Shown: in pieces, positions 1-33,303 of the stretch | Layout: each line of letters begins with the position of its first letter | Numbering within the stretch: the stretch's first letter is position 1 | From: the human T2T-CHM13v2.0 reference genome, Homo sapiens | Length of the DNA: 64,000 nucleotides | Assembly: GCF_009914755.1 (NCBI RefSeq) | Contig: NC_060925.1 | Direction: 5' to 3' (one strand) | Made by a program: the position numbers and the translations under genes | Notes under the pieces: generated by a model | What the model saw: only the letters and a program-made list of their open reading frames with translations | Told to the model about the DNA's origin: nothing | Database searches by the model: none

Positions 1-991
<991 letters not shown>

Positions 992-996
992 TTACA

Positions 997-1052
997 TTTA
1001 TATATATATATATATATATATATTTTAAAAGTTATATATATATATTATATAT

Positions 1053-1097
<45 letters not shown>
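997..1097. repeat. (TA)n microsatellite, interrupted
   Basis: Direct reading. Confidence 0.95.
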
Positions 1098-1101
<4 letters not shown>

Positions 1102-2385
1102 CAGGCCCCAGTATTGGTTTTCCTTAGAGCTAGAAGCAGTTTTAGCTGGGAGCTGAAGTCTTAGACCAAATCAAAGTGCCTGAAAGTAGGCAGGGCGCAG
1201 TGGCTCACGCCTGTGATCCTGGCACTTGGGAAGGCCGAGGCAGCCGGATCACTTGAGGTCAGGAGTTTGAAACCAGCCTGGCCGACATGGTGACCCCATC
1301 TCTAATAAAATGCAAAATAAAAAAATTCACCAGCCATGGTGGCAGGCGCCTGTAATCCCAGCTACTTGGGAGGCTGAGGCAGGAGAATTGATTGAACCCT
1401 GGAGGTGGAGGTTGCAGTGAGCCAAGATCACTCAGTGATCTGAAAGTAGAATTTAAGGAATCAGCAAGCCAGTGGAAAAGGCTTTGGAAGGAGGGAAGAA
1501 AGAAAAGAAGAAGAGGAGATGTTGATGTTTTATAAGAAGAATGTAAAGCAGCAGATTGCCAATGGTGGGATTTCTGGCACTCTAACGGGCTGGTGCACAG
1601 AAAGACTTTCCAGACAATCGGGTCACTACCAACATCACCCTGGCCAAAAGCTCAGCCCTGTATTTTTTAAAGTCCAGATACCAGAAAAACCTCTTGAGAG
1701 GTAAAATGAAATTTCTGCAACAATAGGGAATTAGGACAGCAAAGAATCAGCATCTTTAAAAACCACATATTAGATATTTACTTATTTACATATTTCCACA
1801 GGCCAGTGTCATAACAAATATAGACCTTCCTACAGTACTTTACAGTTGACAAAGCCATTTTACTGCTCATCTGCTCTTCACAATAATTCTGTGAGGGCAG
1901 CTATTACCGTCCTTCTCTTAGTGGTGAGATAATGAGGCTCAGAGAGGTGAAAGGTCACACAGCCAGGAAGTGGTGAAGCTGAGACCTGGTGCCTAGTCTT
2001 TGGATGCCAAAGCCAGTTTCCTTCCCAACACTCCACAGATGCTTTCAGAAGCATAGCCTGAAAGGCCAGAGATGGGTGTCATAGGGCCTCACATTACCTT
2101 TTATGAACTTGTGGGAGTTATAGCCAAGAAATTACATCAATACACCAAGATGCAAAATAATTCATGGAAAACAAAGCTGACAGGAAGGTGAAATTAGCTA
2201 CATTTCCCAACCATCCCTATCACTACCTGTAACCTAAGGGGAAAGACCAGAATTGGTGACAATGTGATCAGAAAAGTGTTGTAATAGCAGCCACCCAGGC
2301 ATCCAAGGCCCTCCAATGTCCTTGGTTTTAAGATCATTTTTCTCTGCAGTTTGTGGCGAGAGCGCCCCCATGTGTTTCTTTTTTC

Positions 2386-4052
<1,667 letters not shown>

Positions 4053-4882
4053 AACATACCACATTTTTAATTGTGAAGAATAACTATTTCCCAAAGCAAA
4101 AAATCACAGAAGGATGGCATTGTTTTACATTTTTGCAGATCTCTTTACTGTCTGGCTTAATAGAAGACAGCTAGATTCTCATATCTGCTTCTTCAGCCCA
4201 TTGCAATTTTACATGTCATGTAGCCCCTAGAAAACACCACTGTGCACTCATGGGAGAATGAGAGGGAAAATGTCTTAGCATTGTTACAGAAATAGTTTTG
4301 ACCTTGAAAACCCTTAGGTCCCTATGTGTCCCTAGACTACTCTTTGGGATCTGCTTATCTAATGTACATTCAAAACTACTTTGTAAACATTCCTATAGTA
4401 GCAAAAGTCAGGAGGCCTGGTGTTCTAGTCCTGTCTCTGAATGACCTGATTAGTTTTCTTGAGGAAGCCACCTGGTCTCTGGTCTGTTTTATCCTCCACT
4501 ATGCCTCAGAGCTTAGCACAGCACTATAATTACGGCTGAAATAAACAAATAGCCAGGATCTCCCAGCTGGCGAGACTGATGTGGTAACCTATATGTTCTA
4601 TTGACTTTTTTTAGTAGCCTCATTTTTACCAGTGCTGAAAGAAGTGCAACGTTCCCAGGTGTAACCATCAGTCATAGCTACCATTTACCATAGAGTAGCG
4701 TTCAAGGGCTTGAACTTTAGAGTCCAACACCCTGGGTTCAAATCCTGGTTCTGCTGTTTATTAGCTGTATGATCTTAAGCTAGTTCATTCCTCTCTTATT
4801 TCATTTGCAAAATGGAGGTAATAAAACTTCATTAATAAGTCACCACAGTGTTTTCAGAAAGAAAAAATAAAAATTAAAAATA

Positions 4883-7202
<2,320 letters not shown>

Positions 7203-7217
7203 TCACTCCTGGTCCAG

Positions 7218-7749
7218 ATGGGCAAAGGCTCCTTCACATGCTCCGGGGTGCTGGACAAGCTAAAGGCAGGGTGGAAACACTGCTAATGAAGACATACCTG
7301 AGACTGGGTAATTTACAAAGGAAAGAGGTTTAATTGACTCACAGTTCAGCATGGCTGGGGAGGCCTTAGGAAACTTACAATCATGGCAGAAGGGGAAGCA
7401 AACATGTCCTTCTTCATGTGACGTCAGGAAGAAGAATGAGAGCCAAGTGAAGGGGGAAGCTCCTTAAAAAAACCATCAGATCTTGTGAGAACTTACTATC
7501 ATGATAATAGTATGAGGGAACTGCCCCCATGATTCAGTTACCTCCCACCATGTCCCTTCCACCACAGGTGGGGATTATGGGAATTACAGTTCAAGATGAG
7601 ATTTGGGTGGGGACACAGCCAAACCATATGAGTGGCATCCCATCAACATCTTTCTGTAGAAGTTCGGGACAAAGCAATACTATGTCACCATCATTGATGC
7701 CATGGGTCACTGTGACTTCATCAAGAACATGATCACAGTCACCTTACAG
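7218..7749 (+). pseudogene. eEF1A pseudogene exon equivalent to EEF1A1 exon 3 (M49-Q108), interrupted by an LTR
   Basis: ccag|ATG GGC AAA GGC TCC TTC...; 61+118 = 179 nt versus 180 expected; TAG at 7657-7659 replaces Trp; donor mutated to CT. Confidence 0.9.
7279..7631 (-). mobile_element. THE1/MST (ERVL-MaLR) solo LTR inserted in the eEF1A pseudogene exon
   Basis: actgctaatgaagacatacctgagactgggtaattt...gatgagatttgggtggggacacagccaaaccatat matches the THE1/MST LTR reverse strand; left terminus truncated. Confidence 0.88.
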
Positions 7750-7839
7750 CTACCACCAGGGTTGCCTCGGCCCTGCTGTGGGGATGGGCAGGGGGTGTCC
7801 CAGGCCAGGTCTGAGCTGGGCCTTCCTCTCTCTGGCCGG

Positions 7840-8136
7840 GAAGACTGTGCTGTGCTGATTGTGGCAAGTGGTGTAGGAGAGTGTGAGGCTGGCATCTCCA
7901 AGAACAAGCAGATCTGTGAGCACACACTGCTGGCCTATACACTGGGCATGAAGCAGCTCATTGTGACAGTCAACAAGATGGACATCACAGAGCCACCTTA
8001 CAGTAGTACATGCTTTGAGGAGATCAGCAAGGAGGTGAAGGCTTACATCAAGAAGATTAGTTACAACTCCCAGACTCTGCCCTTTGTGCCCATCTCAGGC
8101 TGGCATGGGGACAACATGCTGGAACCTGGCAGCAAG
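7840..8136 (+). pseudogene. eEF1A pseudogene exon equivalent to EEF1A1 exon 4 (A109-N207)
   Basis: Exactly 297 nt, frame open, [21 protein letters not shown]...NKMD...[13 protein letters not shown]; donor gtgagg intact, acceptor mutated (ccgg). Confidence 0.93.
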
Positions 8137-9541
8137 GTGAGGGCCGGCTGGGCAGGGCCAATTAAATGAGACTTGCCCACTTAAATCTTTGAGCTTCTCC
8201 TGGAATAAATATCCAGTATTCACAGTGTGCTCATGGACTGATCACTGGGAACGATCTGCATCCCCTTTTGGGGGCTGCTTTGACCTCCATGTTACAGATG
8301 AGTGACATGAGTACACCCAAGACTATATAATCAGTAAGCATAAAACTGTGCGGACTGATGTTGTGGCCACTAGGTACGTGTGGCTATTTAAATTACTAAC
8401 ATGAAATCAAATGAAATAATTCCTTAGCTACATTTCAAGTGCCCAGCAACCACATATGGCTATCATATTGAACAGTGAGTGCAGTAAGAATATTTACATC
8501 GTTGCAGAAAGTTGGGCAGTGCTGGCTGGATCTAGAATTCTAGCCAATGCTTACAGTATCTAAGTTATCTGACCTTAGGCAATGTGGGCGCAATATAAAT
8601 GTGTCTAAGACACAGTCCCTCTGCTCAGGGATCCCACATTCAAATAGCTTTTGACATTCCTAGACAAGAATCTCCCTACCAAAAGAGTTGAGTTCTAACA
8701 TCAGACCTGAATTCAAGCCCCAACTCTATCCTTTGCCCACAGTAAAGGAGCAGGTGAGGTATTAATATTAATGCTCTGGGCCTTTGGACTCACTTTACGG
8801 GGTTGTAAGAATTAAACAAAAGACTTTACGTGGACATCCGCTCACACAGACAGTTGGTGCTCGCAGGCTAATTGTTATTACTTAGTACATTTGCCTAAAG
8901 CCTACCTTTTCTATAATTAACTTGAGAATTCTTAGTCTTTTCCTCCACGTGTACATAGCTATCTTTTTCTGATTATAAAATTAATGTCTAACATCTTTAC
9001 AATAAGCATTTCCTGCAGATATGAAGCATAAACTGCCACCCCATGACTTATAGATAACCTAGTTATAGATAACCTAGTTTTCATGCAATTCTTTCTAGGT
9101 ATTCACAGCTGGACTCAAACTATACATAATGCTCTATACACATTTTTAAAACTTTCTTTGCCATTTAAACTGTTGGAGAGTTAATGGGTGTTTTATATCA
9201 CATCTCACTACGTAGGTAGGTTGGCTATATCCATGATTCACTGTAAATGGTGATTAATGATTTAAGACTGAGTGCTTTACATGTATACAACCCCATGATG
9301 AAGGCATTTTATTCCCAGGTAAAGTAAGAAAACTGGGACACAGTGCAGTTAGGTGATAGCCTGAGGTCACCACCTTCTATTGTTTCTAAATTTATTAAAA
9401 ACTGCCATAATTGGGCTGGGCATGGTGGCTCATGCCTGTAATCCTAGCACTTTGGGAGGCCAAGGAGGGAGGATTGCTTGAGCCCAGAAGTCCAAGATAT
9501 CAGTTGGCCAACATAGTGAGAGCTTGTCTCTACAAAAAAAA

Positions 9542-9542
<1 letters not shown>

Positions 9543-9612
<70 letters not shown>
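9543..9612. repeat. (GAAA)n microsatellite in an Alu linker
   Basis: Direct reading. Confidence 0.95.
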
Positions 9613-9613
<1 letters not shown>

Positions 9614-11420
9614 AAAGGAAAGAAAACTTAGCCAGGCGTGATGGTGCATGCTACTGAGGAGGCTGGGATGGGAGGATTGCTTGAGCCTGGAAGGTCAAGG
9701 CTCAGTGAGCCATGATCATGCCACTGCACTCCAGCCTGGATGACAGAGTGAGACCCCGTCTCGGAAAACAAAAAACTGCCATAATTAAGAATGTTAACTC
9801 TACTAAAAAAATTAAAACCTGTCATAAGCATCTTGGTAAATAAATCTTTCCATGTGTCTTTGGTAGTTTAATTATAATCAACTCCTAATGAAATAAATTC
9901 CTCATGAACCACTGGGCATGGTGGCTCAAATCTGTAATCCCAGCACTTTGGGAGGCTGAGGCTGGAGCATTACTGGTGGCCGGGAGTTCGAGACTAGCCT
10001 GGGCAATGTAGCAAGACCCTGCCTCTACAAGAGTTTCATTAAAAAAAAAAAATGAAACAAAGGGTAGGCATTATTTTTGGAATCTTCTGACACAGACTGC
10101 CCAATTGCCCTTGAGAAAAGACTAGACCTGCAGGGGCAGGGTGTCCCTTCAAATGGTGACTGAGCGCCAGTGTGCCGGGCACTGTCCTTGGTGCTGAGAG
10201 TGCCGCAGTGAATAAGAAGCAACTCTGCTGTTGGAGCTCAGTCTCCTGGGAGACTGGGAAGAGATAAGGCAGACGATGACAAGTGCTTCAGAAAATTCTA
10301 CAAAAAGGTGAAGGGACACAGTATGGGAGAGTTACTGTACATCAGGTATTCAAGCAGGGGTGGGCTCTGAGATAACATTAGAGCAGAAACCTGAAGCTTC
10401 AGTGCCTGTTTCCCATAACCTGAGTATTATCACACATCTCAGCTAGTGAGACACATGAGTTTCATCCCCACGTCCTCCAAGCATTTATTACACACCTACT
10501 GTATTCTAGATGCCAAAAGAACAAAGCATGTTAGCCTGCAGCTAGTGAACTAGATATTCAACTTGTAGTTTGCTGACCTCATAGGCTTGTAGTAGCAGGA
10601 CCATGGATTGGCATAGAACCAAGTGAGTCACCAAGTTCATCAAACCAACGGGTAAAGTTCATCACTACCTCACCCTCACTGCAGGCTCAGTGGGAAGAGG
10701 CTTGTATTTGAGTCTGGGGAGTTGGTCTCATTTTCAACTTCTGATCTGGTCATTTGCCAGTCACTGGGCCTTGGGCAACCCACTTCTGATCCTCAATTAT
10801 CCTTTCTGAGAAAGAAAAATATTCCTTTTACAAACTTGAATTATTTATGTAAAAGTGCTTACTAAAAAATGCTTTCAAAGCCTCTTATCCACTACTCCTC
10901 CACCCCAAAAAGAGTTGAATATGAATAGAAACAGTAGCTTTCTTCCTTGGGATACCAATTTTTGAGTCCATGAGGCAAGATATGCTTTGTGTGGCTTCTA
11001 TACTGTGTAGCTCTGGTTCTCTGCCATGGAAGGTTTCCCTTGTCTAGAGCCCCCTTCCCCCACCTGTCAAAGCCTCCCCTGATGCAATCACTGCATCCTC
11101 CCATGTCTGAGGGTCGACCAGCTACTGAGAGGCCTTCCTCTATTGTGCTAAGGTTGGAGTTGGCATTGTTTTCAATGCTGATGGGAGACTGAAGTTTTGA
11201 AGCCTATAGATTTACTCCAGGACCTGTGACGGGAAAGGAGAAGCATTTTATTGAGTTTCTGGCAGTGTGTTGGATCTAAGCCTATGTGTCTACCAACTCT
11301 GCTGCTGTGATAGTCCGGCTGCCCACTTAGCCTTTAATATCAGCCACCTTTGTTCCTTCTATGCCTCTTCTGTCCTGTGTTTCCAGTCTTTGAAGGCAAA
11401 GATTATGTCTCTGAGCTTTG

Positions 11421-11453
11421 CACTTGATCTTAGCCAAAATGCCAAGAAGCAAT
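11421..11453 (-). pseudogene. 3'-truncated U2 snRNA retropseudogene (first 33 nt)
   Basis: Reverse complement ATTGCTTCTTGGCATTTTGGCTAAGATCAAGTG versus U2 5' end ATCGCTTCTCGGCCTTTTGGCTAAGATCAAGTG; degenerate 15-bp TSD tgtct-ctg/gta-agctttg. Confidence 0.85.
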
Positions 11454-11643
11454 TGTCTGTAAGCTTTGGCCAGGGTTTTTAGATGAGTAAATATTATATC
11501 TTCTTAAAAGGTATGTGTATAATGCATTGCCATACTGAAAATCATCCCCCTGGAAGGTCTTACACTCAACAATGGTGGCTTTGCTTACAAGTCAGCATCC
11601 TTAGGAACAGTTTTGAGACCCTGAAGCACATTCTTCAGGGCAC

Positions 11644-12013
11644 TGATATGGTTTGCCTCTGTGTCCCCACCCAAATCTCACCTTGAATTGTAATAATCCC
11701 TATGTGTCAAGGGTGGGACCAGGTGGAGATAATTAAATAATGGAGGCGGCTTCCCCCATTATGTTCTCATGATAGTGAGTTAGTTCTCACGAGATCTGAT
11801 GGTTTTATAAGGGGCTTTTCCCTCTTTGCTTGGCACTTCTCCTTCATGCTGCCACGTGATGAAGGACGTGTTTGCTTCCCCTTCCACAATGATTGTAAGT
11901 TTCTTGAGGCCTCCCCAGCCATGCAGAACTGTGAGTCAATTAAACCTCTTTTCTTTATAAATTACCCAGTCTTGGGTATCTCTTTATTAACAGCATGAGA
12001 ACGGACTAATACA
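11644..12013 (+). mobile_element. THE1/MST solo LTR
   Basis: TGATATGGTTTG...CCCCACCCAAATCTC start, ...GACTAATACA end, 5-bp TSD ggcac/ggcaa. Confidence 0.9.
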
Positions 12014-12038
12014 GGCAACTTCACTGGGAAATGTCTGA

Positions 12039-12772
<734 letters not shown>

Positions 12773-13178
12773 TTATTTAACTTGCTGTATGTTAACAAGT
12801 CCCTCCCTTCTCTGGACCTCAGTTTCTCCACCTGTGTAATGAACAGATAGAATGGGATCTAAGGGATATTCAGATTCCAGGAATCTCTGCTTTCTGAAAT
12901 ATATTAGCTTGATGCAGGGAGCCAATCTCACAGTGCCTGTGAGATTTAATCATCATCATTTAGCAAGTGCACAGTAGATGTCATGGGATGGCTCATGTGT
13001 GGTCTTCTGTGTCTTTACAACAGCCCGTAAGGTAGATGGTGAGATCTCTGTTTCACAGATGGGGAAACCAAGGTTTAGAATGCATCCCTTGAGGTTCATG
13101 TTAATTGCAGGCTGGGCCCTGGATCAGATCTGCGCTCTCTCTGGGCTGAGTGAGCTGCACATTTGGTGGCTTTTACAG

Positions 13179-13328
13179 ATGCCCTGGTTTGAAGGCTGTA
13201 AGGTCACCAGGAAGGAATGGAATGTGGCAGGTGTGACACTGCTAAAAGCACTGGACTCAATCACACTGCTACCCACTCCACGGACAAGCCTCTGCAGCTG
13301 CCCCTGACAGGCAGGTACAAGACTGGGG
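13179..13328 (+). pseudogene. eEF1A pseudogene exon equivalent to EEF1A1 exon 5
   Basis: ttttacag|ATG CCC TGG TTT (MPWFEGCKVTRKEWNVAGVTLLKALDSI..TDKPLQLPL..YKTG); 150 versus 151 nt; donor ataagt (GT>AT). Confidence 0.92.
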
Positions 13329-13414
13329 ATAAGTTCATGCCTTGTGGAGGTGCTTGGGGTTGGGGGCCTACTGGGGTCTGGTTGCTGATGGCCCTGGGTG
13401 CTCTGTCCCTCCAG

Positions 13415-13640
13415 GTATTGGCACTGTGCTTGTGGGGCAGGTGGAAGCAGGCATGGTGGTGACCTTCGCCCCATGCAACATCACCATGGAAGTCGAGTCT
13501 GTGGAGATGCACCAAGGCCCTGCCTGGTGACAAGGTGGGCTTCCATGTGAAGAACGTATCAGTAAAGGACATCAGGCGAGGTGACCTGGCAGGACAGCAA
13601 GAATGACCCGCCCTCAGAGGTGGCGAGCTTTGTCTCCCAG
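13415..13640 (+). pseudogene. eEF1A pseudogene exon equivalent to EEF1A1 exon 6
   Basis: ctccag|GT ATT GGC ACT GTG; [57 protein letters not shown]|gtgaga; three deletions. Confidence 0.92.
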
Positions 13641-14180
13641 GTGAGACACCCACTGAGGGGCATGTCCCGCTGCTCCTAGGGCTGCCAGCTCACTCAGAGT
13701 GGTCACAGGGCATGGGCTCTGTATTAGACTCTTGACCACTGTGGAGGTGGAGTCAGACTGCCTGGGTTAGAATTCTTACTCTGCCTTTTATTTGTGTGCA
13801 CCCTTGAACAAACCAATGTACTTCAATGAATCTGTTAGTTTCCACAACAACATCTTGAAAAGCAATATTTTTTTTTTTTTTTTGAGAATGAGTCTCACTC
13901 TTGCCAAGACTAGAGTGCAGGGGCAGGATCTCAGCTCACTGCAACCTTGCCTCCCAAGTTCAAGCGATTCTCCTGCCTCAGCCTCCCGAGTTGCTGGGAC
14001 TACAGGCATGTGCCACCACGCTCAGCTAATTTTTGTATTGTTAGTAGAGACGGGGCTTCACCATGTTGGCCAGGCTGGTCTTGAACTCCTGACCTCAAGT
14101 GATCCGCCCACCTCGGCCTCCCAAAGTGCTGGGATTACAGGCATGAGCCACCATGCCTGGCTGAAAAGCAGTATTTCTTA

Positions 14181-14486
<306 letters not shown>

Positions 14487-14569
14487 TTAGATGATCAGGG
14501 TCACCTCCTTTGCATGGGGCTTAGCTGATGCCCCCCTTTCTCCCCTCCCCATCCCACCGTGGCCTCCAG

Positions 14570-14802
14570 GTGATCATTCTCAACTACCTTGGCTGCACCA
14601 CAGCTGGCTACTCACCAGTTTTGTACTGCCACACAGCCCACATTGCCTGCATGTTTGCAGAGCAGCAAGTTTGCAAACCAGCGCTTGGGCAACAAAGTGG
14701 AAGACAACCCCAGAGCTTTGAAGTCTGGGGACTTGGTCATCGCCCAGATGATCCTGGGCAAGCCCATGTGCGTGGAAAGCTTCTCAGACTACCCGCCCCT
14801 CA
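14570..14802 (+). pseudogene. eEF1A pseudogene exon equivalent to EEF1A1 exon 7
   Basis: ctccag|GTG ATC ATT; [59 protein letters not shown]|gtaaga; 233 versus 235 nt. Confidence 0.92.
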
Positions 14803-15929
14803 GTAAGACCCAACAGCACCTGGCCACTGGGGCTGCCCCTTCCTCCTTCTGGGTCCAGGAAGCCAGTTGGCCACCTGAGCCAGGCAGTAGAACCTAGTCA
14901 CAAGGATCTGAGAGCCAGGTTAGAAGAGCCCACAGAGAGAAGGGGGCTTGCCTGGTATCACAGCAAGGTGGGGGCCACTCTAAAGCCTTGCTACTCAAAG
15001 TGTTGTTCATGGACATGCTTCACAGGCATGCTCTGGGAGTTAGATATGCAGAATCTGGCTGAGCGCAGTGGCTCATACCTGAAATCCTAGTGCTTTGGGA
15101 GGCTGAGGCAGGAGGATTGCTTGAGGCCAAGAGTTTGAGGCCAGCCTGAGCAAAATAGCGAGACCCCCATCTCTATAAAACATTTTAAAAATTGGCTGGG
15201 CATGGTGGTGCTTGGGGATACTGAGGTGGGGGGATGGCTTGGGCACAGGAGTTTGAGGCTGCAGTGAGCTATGATCACGCCACTGCACTCCAATCTTGGA
15301 GACACAGCAAGACCCTGTCTCAAAAAAAAAAAAAAAAAAAAGAAAAAGAAAAGAAAAGAAAAGAAAGATAAATAGAAGAATCTCATTCTCCATCTAGACC
15401 TGCTGAATTCAAATCTGCGTTTTAACAAGATCCCCCAGGTAAATGGACGTCACATCAATGTTTGAGAAACACTGCTCTAGAGAAGGTGAGTAGAGCAGAG
15501 ATGGGTAGGGAGGTTTTTCCCTTCCTGCTGTCTAGGACGGTGGCTTTCAAACCTGCTGGATTATCATAACCACTGATGAAGCCTTTTAAACCTAGAGGCT
15601 CACACCCTGATAGAGTTACCTGGTTAAGGCTGCAGCCTAGGAGTATGTTTCTTAGACTCTCCAGGTATCACTTGCATGGCTGGGCTTGAACTACATTCTG
15701 AACTCAAATATCTAGGGAGTAGGCTCTTTCACGTAGTGCTTCTGTGCCAGGTTCTGTGCTATATGTTAGACATTTGTGCCTGAGCAAGAAGAACAAGTCC
15801 CTCAGGTCTCCCAGTTAATGGGGAAAAGGGTGAATCTATAAAGGCTAATTTTAGAGCTGGGCTAAAGAGGCTGCCAACATAAATCTTGCAATGTTGGGTT
15901 AGGTCTTCCTACCCATACCAAAAATATTA

Positions 15930-19118
<3,189 letters not shown>

Positions 19119-19649
19119 TTACTAAACTTCTATGTGTTTGTCTGCTCATCTGTAAAATGGGAAAGCAATAGTATCTGCCTCCACAGGGATGCTGAAGGTT
19201 GAGTGAGCTGGTGCCTGGTGGGGACAGTAAATTAGTTATTAATCAGCCACCCTCATTATCACAGTATGGGTAATACAGCCACTTAAGAGCTATTCTGGGA
19301 AGTTTGTTTGAAGAAAAGGTGGAGTTGGGGTGGGGATTGAGCTTTTGAGAATGAGTTCAATTTTATATCTCCCCAGGTACCTGTTTCCCTTTAAGTTACA
19401 TAGAAGTTGCAAGAAGTCCCATATATCTTTCACCCAGATTCCCCAAGTCCTTTATTGATTGATTGATTGAGAGGGGGCCGGGTATGGTCTGGCTGTGTCA
19501 CCCAAGCTAGGGTGCAGTGGTTGGATCATAGCTCATTGCAGTCTCAAACTCCTGGGCTCAAAGGATCCTCCTGCCTTAGCCTCTTCCACCACTGGAATTA
19601 TAAATGTGTGCCACTATGCTCAGCAGATTCCCTAAAACTTAACTTCACC

Positions 19650-20256
19650 ATGTTCTGCGGTGAGAAGGTATATCCAAACCTACCCCCAAAGGCCAAGGGA
19701 GCTGATGGGCTGAAGAAAGAGGATGACAAATCTAGTTTCTCAGAAAGAAACATGTAAGACACTTAGAAGAGAAGTCATGTCTCAGGCAGCCGTGAGACAG
19801 TGGGTCCCCGTACTATTACCCCCAAGACCCAGGGCTCATATACCATAGGGAAAGGGTATATGTGCTTCAGAAGAAATGTGTAGGACAATTGAGGTCAACC
19901 CTCTGGGAAAGGCAAAAATGCTATGTATGACATAGCCTATAATCTGCTTAAGAAGAGGATTTATATTAAGTGTTTACAATGCTAACATCATGGTTGTTTT
20001 GACCTAAAGGGCAGGATTTACAGCTCTTAATAGTAGATAAAGTAGAAATCATAGAGGCATTCCTGGAACTGGGGTTAATCAGAAGTCAGGAGCAGTGGCT
20101 CATGCCTGTAATCCTAGCACTTTGGGAGGCCAAGGTGTCCAGGAGTTCAAGACCAGCCTGGACAACATAGCAAGACTTGTCTCTAAAAAAAAAAAAAAAA
20201 TCAGAAGTCAATATGGCAGATTAAAATCCAAGATGAAGTTCCCTTAGCCTCTACAT
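19650..20256 (-). mobile_element. ERV solo LTR (LTR47-like) with a short Alu monomer inside
   Basis: TG...CA boundaries; aaaggccaagggagctgat...gacaaatctagtttctcagaaagaaac...cccagggctcatataccataggg; family recalled from memory. Confidence 0.5.
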
Positions 20257-21527
20257 GCTACATTTGCTTTATTATTTCCCCTCTAAATTTGTTTCATTCT
20301 GAGCCATTTCAGAGTAAGCTGCAGATACAATGCCCCTCTACTGCAAATACTGAATGTGCTTTTATTTAAACACAAGAACATTTTCTTACAAAACCAAGAT
20401 CCAGTAATCAGAATGAGGACATAAACATGGTACATTTCTGAAATCTATAGACCTTATTCAGATTTTGCCAATTGTCCCAATAACATGCTTTATAGCAAAA
20501 GAAAATCCAGGACCATGTGTTACATTCAGTTGTTTCTTTTCTTTTCTTTTTTTCTTTTTTCTTTCTTTCTTTTTTTTTTTTTTTTTTTGAGACAGAGTTT
20601 TGCTCTTGTTGCCCAGGTTGGAGTGCAATGGCACAATCTCAGCTCACTGTAACCTCTGCCTCCCGGTTCAAGCGATTCTCCTGGCTCAGCCTCCCAAGTA
20701 GCTGGGACTACAGGTGCCCGCCACCACACCCAGCTAATTTTTTGTATTTTTAGTAGAGACAGGGTTTCATCATGTTGGCCAGGCTGGTCTTGAACTCCTG
20801 ACCTCAGGTGATCCACCCACCTCGGCCTCCCAAAATGCTGGGATTACAGGCATGAGCCACAGTGTCTGGCCCATTCTGTTGTTTCTTTATTCCAAGTTTC
20901 GAAGCAGCCCCTCCTGGGAGTCTGGCTGAAACCCCAGCTCTGAGTTGGCCAGTGGGTACTTGAGGGTGGAGGCTCAAAGGAGGGGCGTTTTCCATTTGCC
21001 CTCCTCCATCAGCCCAGTTTCCCAGAAGTGCCCTCTGGTCCCTCTGGGTGAAATCAGGGGAGACTGGGGCTTCTATCTCACTTATGGCTTATGAGGATGA
21101 GAGAAGGGAATTGTGCCAGCAGAAGGAAGAGGCTTGGTTCCTTCCCTACCAAAACCTGCTGTGTTCTCCTCTTTCCATCAGTTTGTTCCTATTAAAGGAA
21201 CTGGCTGACTCAAAGCTAGCTACAGCCTGGAACGTGGGTCCTGGTCTCCTATCCATGGGTCCTGCTGCTGAGGATTCAGTGCAAGCCAGGGGGACCTCTT
21301 ACTGTCCGGGTTGAAGTCCTTGTGTATCAGAGGCTAACCTGCAGGCCATCTCTTGATTATAATACCATGTCTAACACTTTTTAGAAGACGGTGTTGCTTG
21401 GATATACCAGCTTTATATTAATAACAAGAGTCACAATTTATTTCAGGCTTATCATGTGCTTTACATAATTATCTTATGGTACCCATTTTACAGATGAGGA
21501 AAACTGAGGCTGATAGGATTCTAATTA

Positions 21528-27915
<6,388 letters not shown>

Positions 27916-28029
27916 TAGTAACTTGCCCAAGGTCACATAGCTACTAGCTGGTCGAGACAGGACCACATCTGCCTGTCTTCAAGCTCGGGACTCTTAAACC
28001 ACCACTCCTTTCCGTTTGTATAAATTCTA

Positions 28030-33273
<5,244 letters not shown>

Positions 33274-33297
33274 ATTCCCGTTTCTATCCAAAAGAGC

Positions 33298-33303
33298 AAT
33301 AAA
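33298..33303 (+). terminator. RPL11: RPL11 polyadenylation signal AATAAA
   Basis: AATAAA about 25 nt after the stop codon, followed by a GU/U-rich tract (ttctgttgtgtgttctgtg); a second AATAAA overlaps the stop codon at 33269-33274. Confidence 0.88.

Noticed and set aside
1118-1706. Exon-like stretch (ttttccttag ... gagag|gtaaaa, split by an Alu) as the missing eEF1A first exon or another lost gene
   Set aside because: No GHVDSGKST or other recognisable motif in the frames I read, and stops are present; a homology search would be needed
9048-9079. 15-bp tandem duplication ttatagataacctag x2
   Set aside because: Ordinary micro-duplication with no further structure
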